Of a stretch of DNA of 64,000 nt, positions 1 to 12,309 are shown one piece after another. Positions within the stretch are counted from its first letter, which is position 1. Every line of letters starts with the position of its first letter. Source of the DNA: Octopus sinensis (lineage: Eukaryota). The DNA lies in contig NC_042997.1 of assembly GCF_006345805.1 (NCBI RefSeq), positions 96,782,001-96,846,000 of the forward strand. Direction: 5' to 3'. Below the pieces are notes generated by a model. That model saw nothing but the letters and a program-made list of their open reading frames with translations. It searched no databases and was not told the DNA's origin. Both the position numbers and the translations under genes were made by a program.

Positions 1-345
1 AGGCTTCACGTCCATGCCTCGCAATATCTGACCTAAAATTTTCAAATCGTCGCACTCGCGCCAAATTTATCGGCAGCAAATAAATATAGCCGCCGATTCC
101 ATTACGGAACTAACCAGAAAATTCATAATTAATCATATAGGAGGCAAAAAAATTTTGTAGAATTCTTTTGCCCCCAGCGGCCTAGTGGAAAAAATAAATA
201 GTCCATAAACCATTTTTAAGTTCAATATCACAATCAAGGAACGGCCATATAGGCCATTCACCCACTAGATAAAGCCAAAAGCTTCACCGGCAAATAACAT
301 TAATTCTGTAAACCAGGAGAAAATTAAAAAAATACATTACCCTAA

Positions 346-448
346 ATTCTTATACGATGCACCGTTTCGTCTACTGTTTATGGTAAGCTAACCTGATTAA
401 TTAAATCAAGCAATCTACCATAGGCCCTTAGATTCATCAGTAAGGAAT
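346..448 (-). ncRNA. Type I hammerhead ribozyme motif (minus-strand copy)
   Basis: Reverse complement of the 840-947 motif; CTGATGA core and GAAAC...GTA intact, 1-nt loss in the stem I 3' strand. Confidence 0.7.
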
Positions 449-839
449 AGCCAAATCGAACAGATATTTTTCACGAGGCATTCACGTCCTTTTCGCCAAT
501 ATCTGACCTAAAATTTCATCATCGCAATCGTGCCAAATTTTCAAATTTATCGGCAGCAAATCAATATAAAGCCGCCGATTCCATTACGGAACTAACCAGA
601 AAATTCATAATTATATGAATTATAGGCCGCTGGGGGCAAAAGAATTCTACAAAATTTTTTTGCCTCCCTATATTGATTAATTATGAATTTTCTGGTTAGT
701 TCCGTAATGGAATCGGCGGCTTATATTTATTTGCTGCCGATAAATTTGGCGCGAGTGCGACGATTTGAAAATTTTAGGTCAGATATTGGCGAGGCATGGA
801 CGTGAATGCCTCGTGAAAAATATCTGTTCCGATTTGGCT

Positions 840-947
840 ATTCCTTACTGATGAATCTAAGGGCCTATGTTAGATTGGCTTGATTTAATAATTAATCAGG
901 TTAGCTTACCATTAACAGTAGACGAAACGGTGCATCGTATAAGGAAT
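840..947 (+). ncRNA. Type I hammerhead ribozyme motif with extended stem II
   Basis: Stem I attcctta(840-847)/taaggaat(940-947); CTGATGA 848-854; long stem II; GAAA 924-927; stem III ACGGTGCATCGT; GUA triplet 937-939. Confidence 0.8.
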
Positions 948-1330
948 TTCAGGGTAAATGTTTTTTTAATTTTCTCCTGGTTTACAGAATTAATGTTATT
1001 TTGCGTTGAAGCTTTTTGGCTGTTATTTCTAGTGGGTGAATGGCCTATTATGGCCGTTCCTTGATTGTGATATTGAACTTAAAAATGGTTTATGACTATT
1101 AATTTTTTCCCACTAGGCCGCTGGGGGCAAAAGAATTCTACAAAATTTTTTTGCCTCCCTATATTGATTAATTATGAATTTTCTGGTTAGTTCCGTAATG
1201 GAATCGGCGGCTTATATTTATTTGCTGCCGATAAATTTGGCGCGAGTGCGACGATTTGAAAATTTTAGGTCAGATATTGGCGAGGCATGGACGTGAATGC
1301 CTCGTGAAAAATATCTGTTCCGATTTGGCT

Positions 1331-1437
1331 ATTCCTTACTGATGAATCTAAGGGCCTATGGTAGATTGGCTTGATTTAATTTAATCAGGTTAGCTTACCA
1401 TTAAACAGTAGACGAAACGGTGCATCGTATAAGGAAT
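1331..1437 (+). ncRNA. Type I hammerhead ribozyme motif (tandem copy)
   Basis: Same motif 491 nt downstream: attcctta-CTGATGA...GAAACggtgcatcGTA-taaggaat. Confidence 0.8.
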
Positions 1438-1660
1438 TTCAGGGTAAATGTTTTTTTAATTTTCTCCTGGTTTACAGAATTAATGTTATTTTGCGTTGAA
1501 GCTTTTTGGCTGTTATTATTCTAGTGGGTGAATGGCCTATTATGGCCGTTCCTTGATTGTGATATTGAACTTAAAAATGGTTTATGACTATTTAATTTTT
1601 TCCCACTAGGCCGCTGGGGGCAAAAGAATTCTACAAAATTTTTTTGCCTCCCTATATTGA

Positions 1661-1703
<43 letters not shown>

Positions 1704-1945
1704 CATTTCTCTCTCCTCTATATATATATATATATATATATATAAATTTTTGTCTTTCAGTGTTTAAGCAGCACTAGTGGTAGAGAAAGGAAGTAGCGGC
1801 AGAGAAGAAGAAGAAGAAGAAGAAAAAGAAGAAGAAGAAGGAGGAGGGAGAGGAGGAGGAGGAGAATGTGAGAGTGGTATGACAGTAGCAGGATGTTGAT
1901 GGAATCCTCTTAATTGGTCAAGTGACCTAAAAGTGACTCGTTGTA

Positions 1946-3064
1946 GATGATAGTAGTGATTTAAATCGTTCTATATAAATTCTTGAGGTGACTGTTTTGA
2001 ATATATCGTTTTTAATATTTACGTGAATCAAAGTTCCCATTCCTAATGAGCTTAAACTGAGACCTATAATAGCAGGTCCTGCATGCCACTCCAGACACAC
2101 AACTCATGCCACCCCAGACACACTAGAATGAATATTCCTTTCAATCTAGCAAAAAAATATTTGTACTATAGTTTCTAATATGAGCACCAAGGACCCACGA
2201 CTACATGACCTAAAGCACAGACTCATCATCAGGAACTACCCACCATCATTAATTGACATATGCTCTCAACATGCGCTACAACTCAACATCCACGAACTCA
2301 GACATCCCAAATTAAAGAAGGATTTGCAACCAAAATCCCTACCATGCATCTGCACATACAACCCTCTTAACAATGAAGCCTTCGACGACATCCTCCAAAA
2401 TATTCCCCTACTAAAAAGGGGCCACAGAATGAATTTAATTCTCCAAACTCACGCCATCATAAAAAGTAAGCAACAGCCCAAATCTATAAAAAGTCTCCTA
2501 ACACAAGCTCAAATACGCTCCACAACACTGAAACTATCAGTAAAAAAAATGAGGAAGACCTAACTGTGGTATATGTGTCAATCTACTTGAGAGATCAGTT
2601 CCATTTCAAACAAGGTCAACGTTTCACAGTGAAAAGCAACTTCAGATGTGGTTCCGAGAATCTGATATACGTATTAACCTGGTCTGGGTGTCGAGAACAC
2701 TGCATACCCCCACCCCCACAAAAAAACTGTCCACGTCAAAGATGGCTCTGCACAGATCCCAGATCAAAATTCCGAAAAACAGAAAAATAGCATTCAACGT
2801 ACACGTCGACATTTGCACCATTAACAAACAACCGAACTTCAGAATCTTTCTCCTCTATCGATTCATGGACGATACAACCTGTAGTCAGCGTATTAGTAGA
2901 GTCATTCTTATCACAAAATATCAAACCCTTTTGAATGTATTCACAACAAATGTTACTGTGGAACCAGGGCTTTAGTATAACACCCACGCAAATATTAAAA
3001 ACGATATAATCAAAACAGTCGCCTCAAGAATTTATTCAGAACGATTTCAATCACTACTATCGTC
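1946..3064 (+). mobile_element. Penelope-like element remnant (RT fragment, C-terminal domain, GIY-YIG endonuclease) with inverted terminal duplication
   Basis: Manual translation: KLRPIIAGPACH (~2055), SCHPRHTRMNIPFNLAK (~2105), HRLIIRNYP, F.C.SENLIYVLT..GC (GIY-YIG start), HRSQIK; RT core deleted; frameshifts; 1946-2025 is the reverse complement of 2985-3064. Confidence 0.8.
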
Positions 3065-3307
3065 CACAATATGTGTCCACCTACGTATTTATTCTCAGTA
3101 GAGTTCAGCTGTATTTAAAAGTTTTCTTGCAAATCTCTTCATATTTGCGGGGAAAAATATTTTACTACTTTCCATCCTACCTAGTGAGCAACTTTTGGAT
3201 TATGTTGAAGCTTTCACTGAGTATTTTCTTTGTTACATTCCTTTTTAATACAACAGATACTCAGATGCAAATCTTATATGTATGTATGTATAGATAAATA
3301 TATACAT

Positions 3308-3363
<56 letters not shown>

Positions 3364-3553
3364 CATATTTATATTAAATCAGAGAAAAAAACCACTATTA
3401 CGCAAATCAAACTGAAAAACATAAACCAAAACATAGAAATAAAATTAATTAATATAATATACAAAATATATAAAATATAAAATTCAAAATTTAAATTATT
3501 TAAATTTAAAGTTAAAATTAATTTTTTTTTTAATTATTAATTTATACTTATAA

Positions 3554-3594
<41 letters not shown>

Positions 3595-4254
3595 ATTATT
3601 ATTATTGTTATTTTTATTTTTATTTTTTACTTATTTAATTATATAATTATTTACTTATTTATTTATTTTTTTATATTAAATATATATAACTTCAAAAAGT
3701 ATTAATAGCATATGTATGTATGTACGTAAGTATGTATGCTTGTATGTATGTATGTACGTATGTATGTATGTGTGCATGTATATATTGAGTTATTTTGAAA
3801 GCTTACGGGATCAAATGGTAATATACTTATTGTACACTTTCGGAGAGAATGGCCTTCAGTAGTTTTATATATTTAAGAACTTTTCCCTATACTTTAGAAT
3901 GCTTATACACAGATGTGTTTTCACTGGATTCGCAAGTGTTATTTATCCTGATATTACCAAGTTTCTACTTGAACATCGAAATAACGTTCTTTCACTTTCC
4001 CTCACTCCAATTTTTTTTCTCTCTGTCTGGTTTCCGAAACACCTCATGAGATGGGCGTGTCCCACGCCTACGAAACTTTATGTGATGTGGAACCTGAGTC
4101 AAATTATTATTAAATACGGGTAACTTCAAACACATATATTAAGAGCTACTTGCGTTTATTCACACACACGTTTACGTTTATGCACATATATATGTATGCA
4201 TGTAGGTAGGTAGGTGGTTTTAGAAATATAATACACAGAGAAAGATATACATAC

Positions 4255-4310
<56 letters not shown>

Positions 4311-4315
4311 TCTTT

Positions 4316-4497
4316 TATTGTTTTTTGACTGCGGCCATACTGCAGCACTGCCTTTAGTCGAACAAATCGACCCCAGGATGTATTCTTTTTCTAGCCTAGT
4401 ACTCATTTCCTAGTTCTCTTTTGCCGAACCGCTAAGTTACGGGGACGTAAACACTCCAGCATCGGTTGTCAAGGGATGGTGGCGGGATAGATGCAGA

Positions 4498-4505
<8 letters not shown>
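4316..4505 (-). mobile_element. tRNA-derived SINE family A, 3' part
   Basis: gactgcggccat...gccgaaccgctaagttacggggacgtaaac; near-identical to 4630-4800. Confidence 0.75.
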
Positions 4506-4538
<33 letters not shown>

Positions 4539-4550
4539 TATATATATATA

Positions 4551-4585
<35 letters not shown>

Positions 4586-4616
4586 TGTATATATATGTAT
4601 ATATATATATTTTTTT

Positions 4617-4828
4617 TTTTCTTTTACTTGTTTCAGTCATTTGACTGCGGCCATGCTGGAGCACCGCCTTTAGTCGAGCAACTCGACCCTGGGACTTATT
4701 CTTTGTAAGCCTAGTACTTATTCTATCAGTATCCATTGCCGAACCGCTAAGTTACGGGGACATAAACACACCACCATCGGTTGTCAAGCAATGCTAGGGG
4801 GACAAACACAAACACACAAACATACACG

Positions 4829-4883
<55 letters not shown>

Positions 4884-5038
4884 GACGGGCTTCTTTCAGT
4901 TTACGTCTTCCAAATCCACTCACAAGGCTTTGGTCGGCCCGAGGCTATAGTAGAAGACACTTGCCCAAGATGCCACGCAGTGGGACTGAACCCGGAACCA
5001 TGTGGCTGGTAAGCAAGCTACTTACCACACAGCCACTC
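4617..5038 (-). mobile_element. tRNA-derived SINE family A, near full length with internal (CA)n/(TA)n
   Basis: Minus-strand head ggagtggctgtgtggtaag...ggttcagtccc has A-box-like and B-box-like motifs; body shared with copies at 4316, 8035, 9762 and 28140. Confidence 0.8.
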
Positions 5039-6853
5039 CAATATATATATATTGCAAGCATACATCTGTTCAAGTAGATGAATTTGTGTTTCAATTTATT
5101 TATTTAGAATCTGAGAATGTAATAACGTTTTTTAACTATATTTAGGCGGTCGTTCTTATTAAATATATTCGTATCGATAAATAGATCACACTGCTTTAAA
5201 ATCAAAATTTTGATACTTTCGGAATGAATTAGCGTATATTAGGAATTCTAAACAGATGAACTTCCATTGATGTTTCGTTAAAACTGCAGTTTTTCACTTT
5301 CTTTTGTACCATTATGATCATTTCTTGAGATACTTGGCGTCTATTACCCACTTTCTTGTTTGTCTCTATAAATTAATACGATATTCGTCACTTGTACAAA
5401 GTTCAAAGTACACGTTTACCAACGACATATTAACACACAGTTCATCGCCGATAACAAGATATTAGAATTTGTTTTTCGACTTTTATTTTTTGATTAAATA
5501 CGACACATCTTTTCTGAATGTTATTGTAAAATACACTTATATTCCATTAACTATGTATTATACCCAAATGAATTTCCTTGCTTTTACTCTTTAAATTCAT
5601 TTTTATATAACAGATTGAAGTATAACATTAAAGTTTCTGCAAATTGTTGTAGGAATATTAATTTGTGTTCAAACACTAAAGAAATTTTGCAATGACTTGC
5701 ATTGGAAATATTTTATCTAAAAAGTAAAAGTCTGAAAAATTCAACAAACCACATCAGTAGGTTTATTAAAAGATAAAAATAAATGATCATGAAACTATAG
5801 AGTCAAAGCATAATAGAAAATAACTACAAAAAAAGAAATATGGTACAAGAATAATGGGAAATAGCTATGCAACAAAATGTTCAAAATTTAATTAACATAT
5901 ATATATACATATATCCACGATGTAAAACGAAAATGCTTTCTTACCATTACTTTAACAAAAAATTGTTTTACGACTGTTTAAATGGCTTTTAAAAGTGGTT
6001 TTTAGAAATTGAAAATATGCAAAATAAATTTGAATACAAGAAAAAAACACATGCATTATGTTCACTTATACGACATACAGAATAAAATAACATTAATCTT
6101 AACGAACACGCAAACTCTGTGAAATAATTCTTTTTATCATGTTAGAAAATTCAAATCTGTTCCGTGATCAGCTACATCTCGTATGCTTTCAGTGATAAGC
6201 ACATATGTTACCATTGCTATAATAAATTTCTAAAGTATTACTCTTCTTTTTTGAAAAGAAACTCGCCCTCGAGTCAAAAAAAAAGAGCTTCTATGTAGCC
6301 ACTCGACAAGCAGATTTAGCAATAATAACTATAGAAAGAATTGCCATCTTAACAATGATACATCAAAAGATGTAGTCTTAGAAAAATTTTTAGAAGAGAA
6401 ATAGAGGAAAAGTTGCGCCTGAGGGTTGACCGAGGGTTAAACAAAATCGACAACCATGTGTCCACTATTGAAATATAAATTATTTCCAAATGAAATATAG
6501 CTTTTGTGTTGTGTCACAGTTATGTCACAGTTGCAGATTTACGGGTGAACGCTATTCAAATACAAGGAATATACTCTCACAAGTAGCATAGGTAAATATA
6601 TAACTTGGCTTTTTCCAGTGAAGCTATATATGTCCACAACTCCTTGTCGATAATCCAATGTGCTCTACACATTCCGAAGGTGTGTATTAAACATTATAAA
6701 GGTGATGACGCGAGTAAGCAACACGATATGCATCTAGATTTGACTAGTTTTGGCCAATGATGTGCAGTGTACTGAAGCATTTGGCATGAAGATTTTTTAT
6801 AGATGATTATACGGACCTCGATGTTCATTTCAGTCTGGTTCAGTTATATATAT

Positions 6854-6921
<68 letters not shown>

Positions 6922-6941
6922 ATATGTATGTATATATATAT

Positions 6942-7367
6942 AAGTCAAAATTGGAAAATGCTAAGAAAATTTTATAGTGAATCTTTCAGTACCGGTTTCG
7001 GTCATTTTGAGACCTTTTCAACTGTAACGATTAAATAATTAAATTTAGAAAAATTAGAAGAAAAGTTTTTTTAAAAGAATATTTATGTAGTAGTGTTCAG
7101 ATATAAGTAGCATTCTGCCTTTCTCTGACTCCCTTGTTTGCACTTGTGTGTTCGACGAACACACAAGTGCAAACAAGGGAGTCAGAGAAAGGCAGAATGC
7201 TACTTATATCTGAACACTACTACATAAATATTCTTTTAAAAAAACTTTTCTTCTAATTTTTCTAAATTTAATTATTTAATCGTTACAGTTGAAAAGGTCT
7301 CAAAATGACCGAAACGGTACTGAAAGATTCACTATAAAATTTTCTTAGCATTTGGTATTTTTGACTT
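6942..7367. repeat. Near-perfect ~425-bp palindrome (centre ~7155) between (TA)n tracts; each arm has a degenerate minimal HHR-like motif
   Basis: Arms are reverse complements; plus arm 7286-7322 reads cag-TTGAAAA-ggtc..gacc-GAAAC-GGTA-ctg; minus arm 6987-7024 retains the palindromic ACCGGT. Confidence 0.9.
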
Positions 7368-7371
7368 GTTT

Positions 7372-7406
<35 letters not shown>

Positions 7407-7422
7407 TATATATATATATAGG

Positions 7423-7539
<117 letters not shown>

Positions 7540-7553
7540 GTATATGTATATAT

Positions 7554-7594
<41 letters not shown>

Positions 7595-7775
7595 GAGGCG
7601 TTTTCCTTTAAGAACATATTAGAGTACAAAATAGACCTCGTTCACTTCACCCATAGAATTACCAGACACCCAGCAGTATTATGGTATAATAATACACTGA
7701 TATACCACAACTTCTCTGGGCATCCCCATACATACACACAAACACTCGCGTACACACACGCACGCACACACACAT

Positions 7776-7815
<40 letters not shown>

Positions 7816-7908
7816 GTATGTATAAACAAGGGTATAAAATAGTACCAGCATTTTATAAATTTGTCTTTACGTTTTAATTGTTCATAGACCAACTACATTA
7901 TACAGCAC

Positions 7909-8025
<117 letters not shown>

Positions 8026-8034
8026 GATGCAGGT

Positions 8035-8330
8035 GTGGCTCGGGCGGACCAAAGACGCGTGAGTGAATTTGGTAGCTTGAAATCGAAAGAAGCCCTTCAC
8101 ATATACGTGGGGCGGGATATTTGTGTCTGGAGCTTTCCTTCACCACCACTTGAAAACCAATGTCGGTGTGTTTACGTCCCCGTAACAACGGTTCGGCAAA
8201 AGGGACCTATAGATTAAGTATTAGGCTTTACGAAAGTAAATCCTAGGGTCGATTTGTTCGACTAAACCTTTTCAAGACAGTTTTCCAGCATGGCCACAGT
8301 CAAATGACAGAAAGAAATGAGAGATGAAAA
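8035..8330 (+). mobile_element. SINE family A, diverged copy after (GATA)n
   Basis: ctcgggcggaccaaag...gtgtttacgtccccgtaac...ccagcatggccacagtcaaatgac matches family A. Confidence 0.7.
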
Positions 8331-9623
8331 TAAAAGATACAATGGGTTTCCGTATAATCCCCGTCTATCATATTCCACTGCCAAAACACTAGTCAGCCGG
8401 TTCTACAGTAGAAGAAAATTGTCCAAGGTGACTTGTGGTGGAATAGTTCCAAACAGGAACCAATGCAATACGGACGTGAATTTCTTCAGAGAACATTGTC
8501 CTCAGTTCTGTTTGCCAACAAAATTTAATGATTCCTTCAGCATAACTTTCGTGACGTGGAGAACCGTTCAGCATTTCCTATTTGTTGGAAAAAGCTGTTT
8601 AAAATACAAACGTAACTTAAGACATTTGAGGCACACTAAGAGGGATAAAGCTTATAAAAAGTAAACGTTCTTTTGAATAAAAACTGCTTAACTTGGAAAC
8701 TATAATTAGTTTAAAATATGAACAGGTAAAGTTACAAAAAATAAGCCACATGAGATAAAATATACAAGCTTCTGGAAAAGAAATGATTATTATGAAGTAA
8801 CTATCCACAGTGTCACCTTATGTTCGTTACCTTTTATTTTCAGCCGCTTTAGTCTGATTTGATGCTTGGAACATCTCTAACAATTATTTCTATATATGCT
8901 TTAATATATAAATCGGTTCTTTGTTGTTACAAAGTAAACTAAAGTCGGAAGAGAACAAAGATATCTCCTATTGTATCTATGAAGATTCGGTGATGACCGA
9001 GGTTCTTTTTGGCAAGTCCATACCCTCCTTTCATAAAGGCTATTCGATTTATTGAACTGAACATATTATTGGCCTATTGTATATCGATCGTTAAATAGCA
9101 AAAGGTAAGGTAATTTTCAGGTAGAATTTGAATTCAGATGGTAAAATAACATGAGTGAATAAAATAACGCATTTTGACGAATACGTGTGTGTGTGTGTCT
9201 GTGTTTGTGTGGTGTGTGTGTGTGTGTTTGTGTGGCGTGTGTGTGTGTGGCTGTTCTGTGTGTTTGTGTGTGTATGTATGGGTGTATGTGTGTGTATATG
9301 AGTGTGTGTGTGTTAATATTTAGGTCTGATGAAATCTCTGCATAACCATTCCATTTGCAAGGAACTGCAGTGAGTTTCACTTCACCTACAACCGTTATAA
9401 ACGAGAAAGTACTATTTGATAATATTGCTATAAATACACAAACTAGGGTATCCTCATAAATTAATGCTTTTGACCTGAGGACAGCACATTAATGGCATAC
9501 CTATTATTTAAAAAACAGTCACAAGTCACACCACTATGACTGTATTTTGCAATGGTTATTTCTTTGTGTCTCTCATCCAATAAACACACATAACAATTCA
9601 ACAAAAAATGTTTGAATTCACAC

Positions 9624-9639
9624 CTAGCAGGTGGCGCTA
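9624..9639 (+). promoter_or_regulatory. Candidate CTCF-binding site
   Basis: CTAGCAGGTGGCGCTA versus the canonical CCACCAGGGGGCGCTA, in otherwise unique AT-rich sequence. Confidence 0.45.
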
Positions 9640-9761
9640 GAATAAATAATGAAGTCGAGTCCATTGGGATTTTAAGAGTAATTTAGGTAGAATAATGAGA
9701 TAATTTGAGTTCAATGTTATAGTACGTCTTCCGCTCCTTTAAAACTTTTCTGTCAAAGCTG

Positions 9762-9965
9762 TATGGTAAGGAGGTGACTTTCCAGCCACATGGTTCCGGG
9801 TTCAGTTCCACTACGTGGCACTCTGGGTAAATGACTTCTACTATAACCTCGGGCCGACCAGTCCTGCGATTGGATTTGTTAGATGGAAACTAAAAGAAGC
9901 TGTGTGTGTGTGTGTCTGTCTGTCTGTGTAACTTTAGCGGTTCAGCAAAAGAGAAATAAGTACGA
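9762..9965 (+). mobile_element. SINE family A, diverged copy
   Basis: ccacatggttccgggttcagttcc...cctcgggccgacc matches the family A head. Confidence 0.7.
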
Positions 9966-11696
9966 GTGAACCGCTCTCGCAGTTAGCTTTGGGAAAAAAA
10001 ATGATTTATTGTTTTTTAGGCTGATCTTAGTTCATATTTTTCAATTAATTTGACAACCCACGATTTAGTTCAGGTTCCTATCTGCCTCGTTCTTTTTCAA
10101 GCAGCTAGGTAAAATATGATTCCATAATGAGACATAGGTTTAAAGTTTTAAGTTCAATGTATTGTAACAAACGATTAAGCTGTTAGTAAAATACCAGTAT
10201 GCATCCGTTCAGTCAAACATTTGAGAAGTGAATTCGTGATGTCTGTGGGCCAAATATTTTCTTAATAATATAAATGTCATAGTATCAAAAGCATTCACGT
10301 TAAAACAATTAACCAGAATATAGTATACGCAGAAATATAATTTAAATTGAACTAACCATAATTCCATAATATCACTAATATTCACGTTATAATGATTTAA
10401 TTACAATTTTATATATGCAGAAATATAATTAAAATTCTAAAATATCTAATTAATTTGTGTAATAAATATATTTCAAATTAATCAGTTTGGATGAAGTTAA
10501 ATCATTTGTGATGTTCAATTTGTCATTTAGAGAACTTTGTATAGTCTACGCCGCGTAAGTAAATGATGATTAATAGAGATGACATGTCCGTGAGGAATCA
10601 TTTACTTGTATCTGCAATTATTTTAATTTCATTTAAATTTAATTATCTTAGAATCTGTGATTTTGTAATATCACAGAAATCCATAGAAGTGTAGCAGCCG
10701 CTGTTTTGTTGCTTTGAATATGTCAATGGCAAGCGTTACATTGCGTCAAACGCTATAAAGTCATTGAACTTTCACTTTGACCAGCCGCACTGTAAACTGA
10801 TGCTAGAGAGACGGAAAATGGTGAGAGTGAAGCAAATTAACGAGTGATTAATTTTCAGCGATGACACTTTGAGAAGATATATTGTAGATTCTCATGCCAT
10901 AAATACTATACTTGGTCTGCAAGAAATAGTAGCAAAATGCTGTCATATTATACACTACCGACTTAAAAGAAAAGAAAACGAAGGACGTATTTGTTAATGT
11001 AGTTGGTGTTACGCTCCGCCTCAGAATTAAATGTATCATGGCCGGTCATGGAATGCCTTTGATCATACATTTGCATGATCAGGGTCGGTTTTGCGCTAAA
11101 CAAGTGTATCGTCTATATATTAGCATGGAGTACACTTGCCTTTGTATGTAATGATATGAACGGCTTCATTTAAACAAGTGCACATTCCTTTCAATAAATT
11201 TTGTCAATCATCAAGTCGGCAGGCAGCAAAATATATTGTATAAAATCGTAGTTTTAATGTTGCCACAATCTCAAGTATTATTGTGTTTAAACCAACGCCG
11301 GAGCCTCCGTGTGGTTTGGCAGCCTTCTTCGCATAGCAACGAAGAATTCCTCAAATTACATTCCTGTATCTTCAAATCTGATCATGGGCACAGAGTAAAG
11401 ACAGCGTGGTCAGTGCTGGAGTAAATTGTGAGAATATGTAAATTGTAAACAAGTTAAAATACTCTAAGCAAGGTTGAATTAACATGGGTTTCACTGAAAC
11501 ATATATTAGGTTATATCAAGATGGAAAAATCTTTAAAAATATATCTCGTTTTAAATGTGATAGACATTGATATTATAAATTAATACTACGTCTGTCACAT
11601 ATGGATTTTTATTCAGCCGCTGGCTAATTGGACATTAGTGATTTTTCAACCATTGTTTCGCTATACCAGATAGATAGATTGACAGACAGACACATA

Positions 11697-12150
11697 GTCT
11701 AGATGCACGTCCAAGGTAGCGTTTCAATCCCCCACTAAAAGTAAAGGACGAGACGTTCCCAGGAAAACCTCTAAACGTCGAAAGAAATCCGGCCGACCTT
11801 TTAAGGATGGTGCATAAACTGTTATCAGTCGAAAAGTGCACCCATTGCTGCCATGGACATCCAAGACGACCAGCCTATCCTCCGGCTCTAGGAATATTGC
11901 TCTTACTTTGAGATCCAGACTCTTCTGAAAATGCACTGCGGTCCTACCTCTGCCCATTCTCGGCAGACACGGAAAAAAATAAAAGTCGAAATGTCCATCA
12001 AACATATCCTGGAGGGCCTCTGGGCTGTTTGAGTCTGGTCTCCCTGATGGCTGTGATATCCAAATTCTGTGACTTGATGTCATTTAACAGGTAGCTTTGT
12101 TTCCAAGGCAACCCCAAGCCACGCACATTTATAAAACCTATTCTAAGCAT
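11697..12150 (-). pseudogene. L1/Tx1-clade ORF2 APE endonuclease N-terminus (3'-truncated)
   Basis: ATG at 12150 reads MLRIGFINVRGL...LNDIKSQNLDITAIRETRL; after a frameshift RLVVLDV..FRLITVYAP..FFRRLEVFLGTSRPLLLVGD; these are APE motifs NVRGL, ET, VYAP and GD. Confidence 0.85.
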
Positions 12151-12195
12151 GTTCCTATCGAAAGTTTTTTACATACGAAAGAAAATGAAAAGAAT

Positions 12196-12255
<60 letters not shown>

Positions 12256-12309
12256 GTGTCACTTATTGTTCGAAAGTTAGTTGTACTCCTGGCAATTTTC
12301 TCTTAGGAA

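Larger units (their letters stand above)
1..1665. mobile_element. Array of ~491-nt non-coding HHR-containing units (retrozyme / Penelope pseudo-LTR-like): minus-strand copies 1-~615, then ~2.1 plus-strand tandem copies from 624, ending in (TA)n
   Basis: taggccgctgggggcaaaag recurs at ~624, ~1115 and ~1608; 1-615 is the reverse complement of the same unit; each full unit contains an HHR motif. Confidence 0.85.

Noticed and set aside
4040-4095. CTCATGA-hairpin-GAAAC motif
   Set aside because: The core G5 is mutated and there is no convincing stem I or III; at best a dead HHR relic
6460-6640. Weak Helitron-like N-terminal motifs (C..K.KLFPNE..CC, YNLAF)
   Set aside because: Too short and decayed to support by eye
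8425-8510. Cys pattern TCGGIVPNRNQCNTDVNFFREHCPQFC resembling a ShK toxin domain
   Set aside because: It lacks the terminal C-x2-C and has no clear exon boundaries; the opposite strand (RPYCIGSCLELFHHK) looks equally like a decayed piggyBac C-terminus
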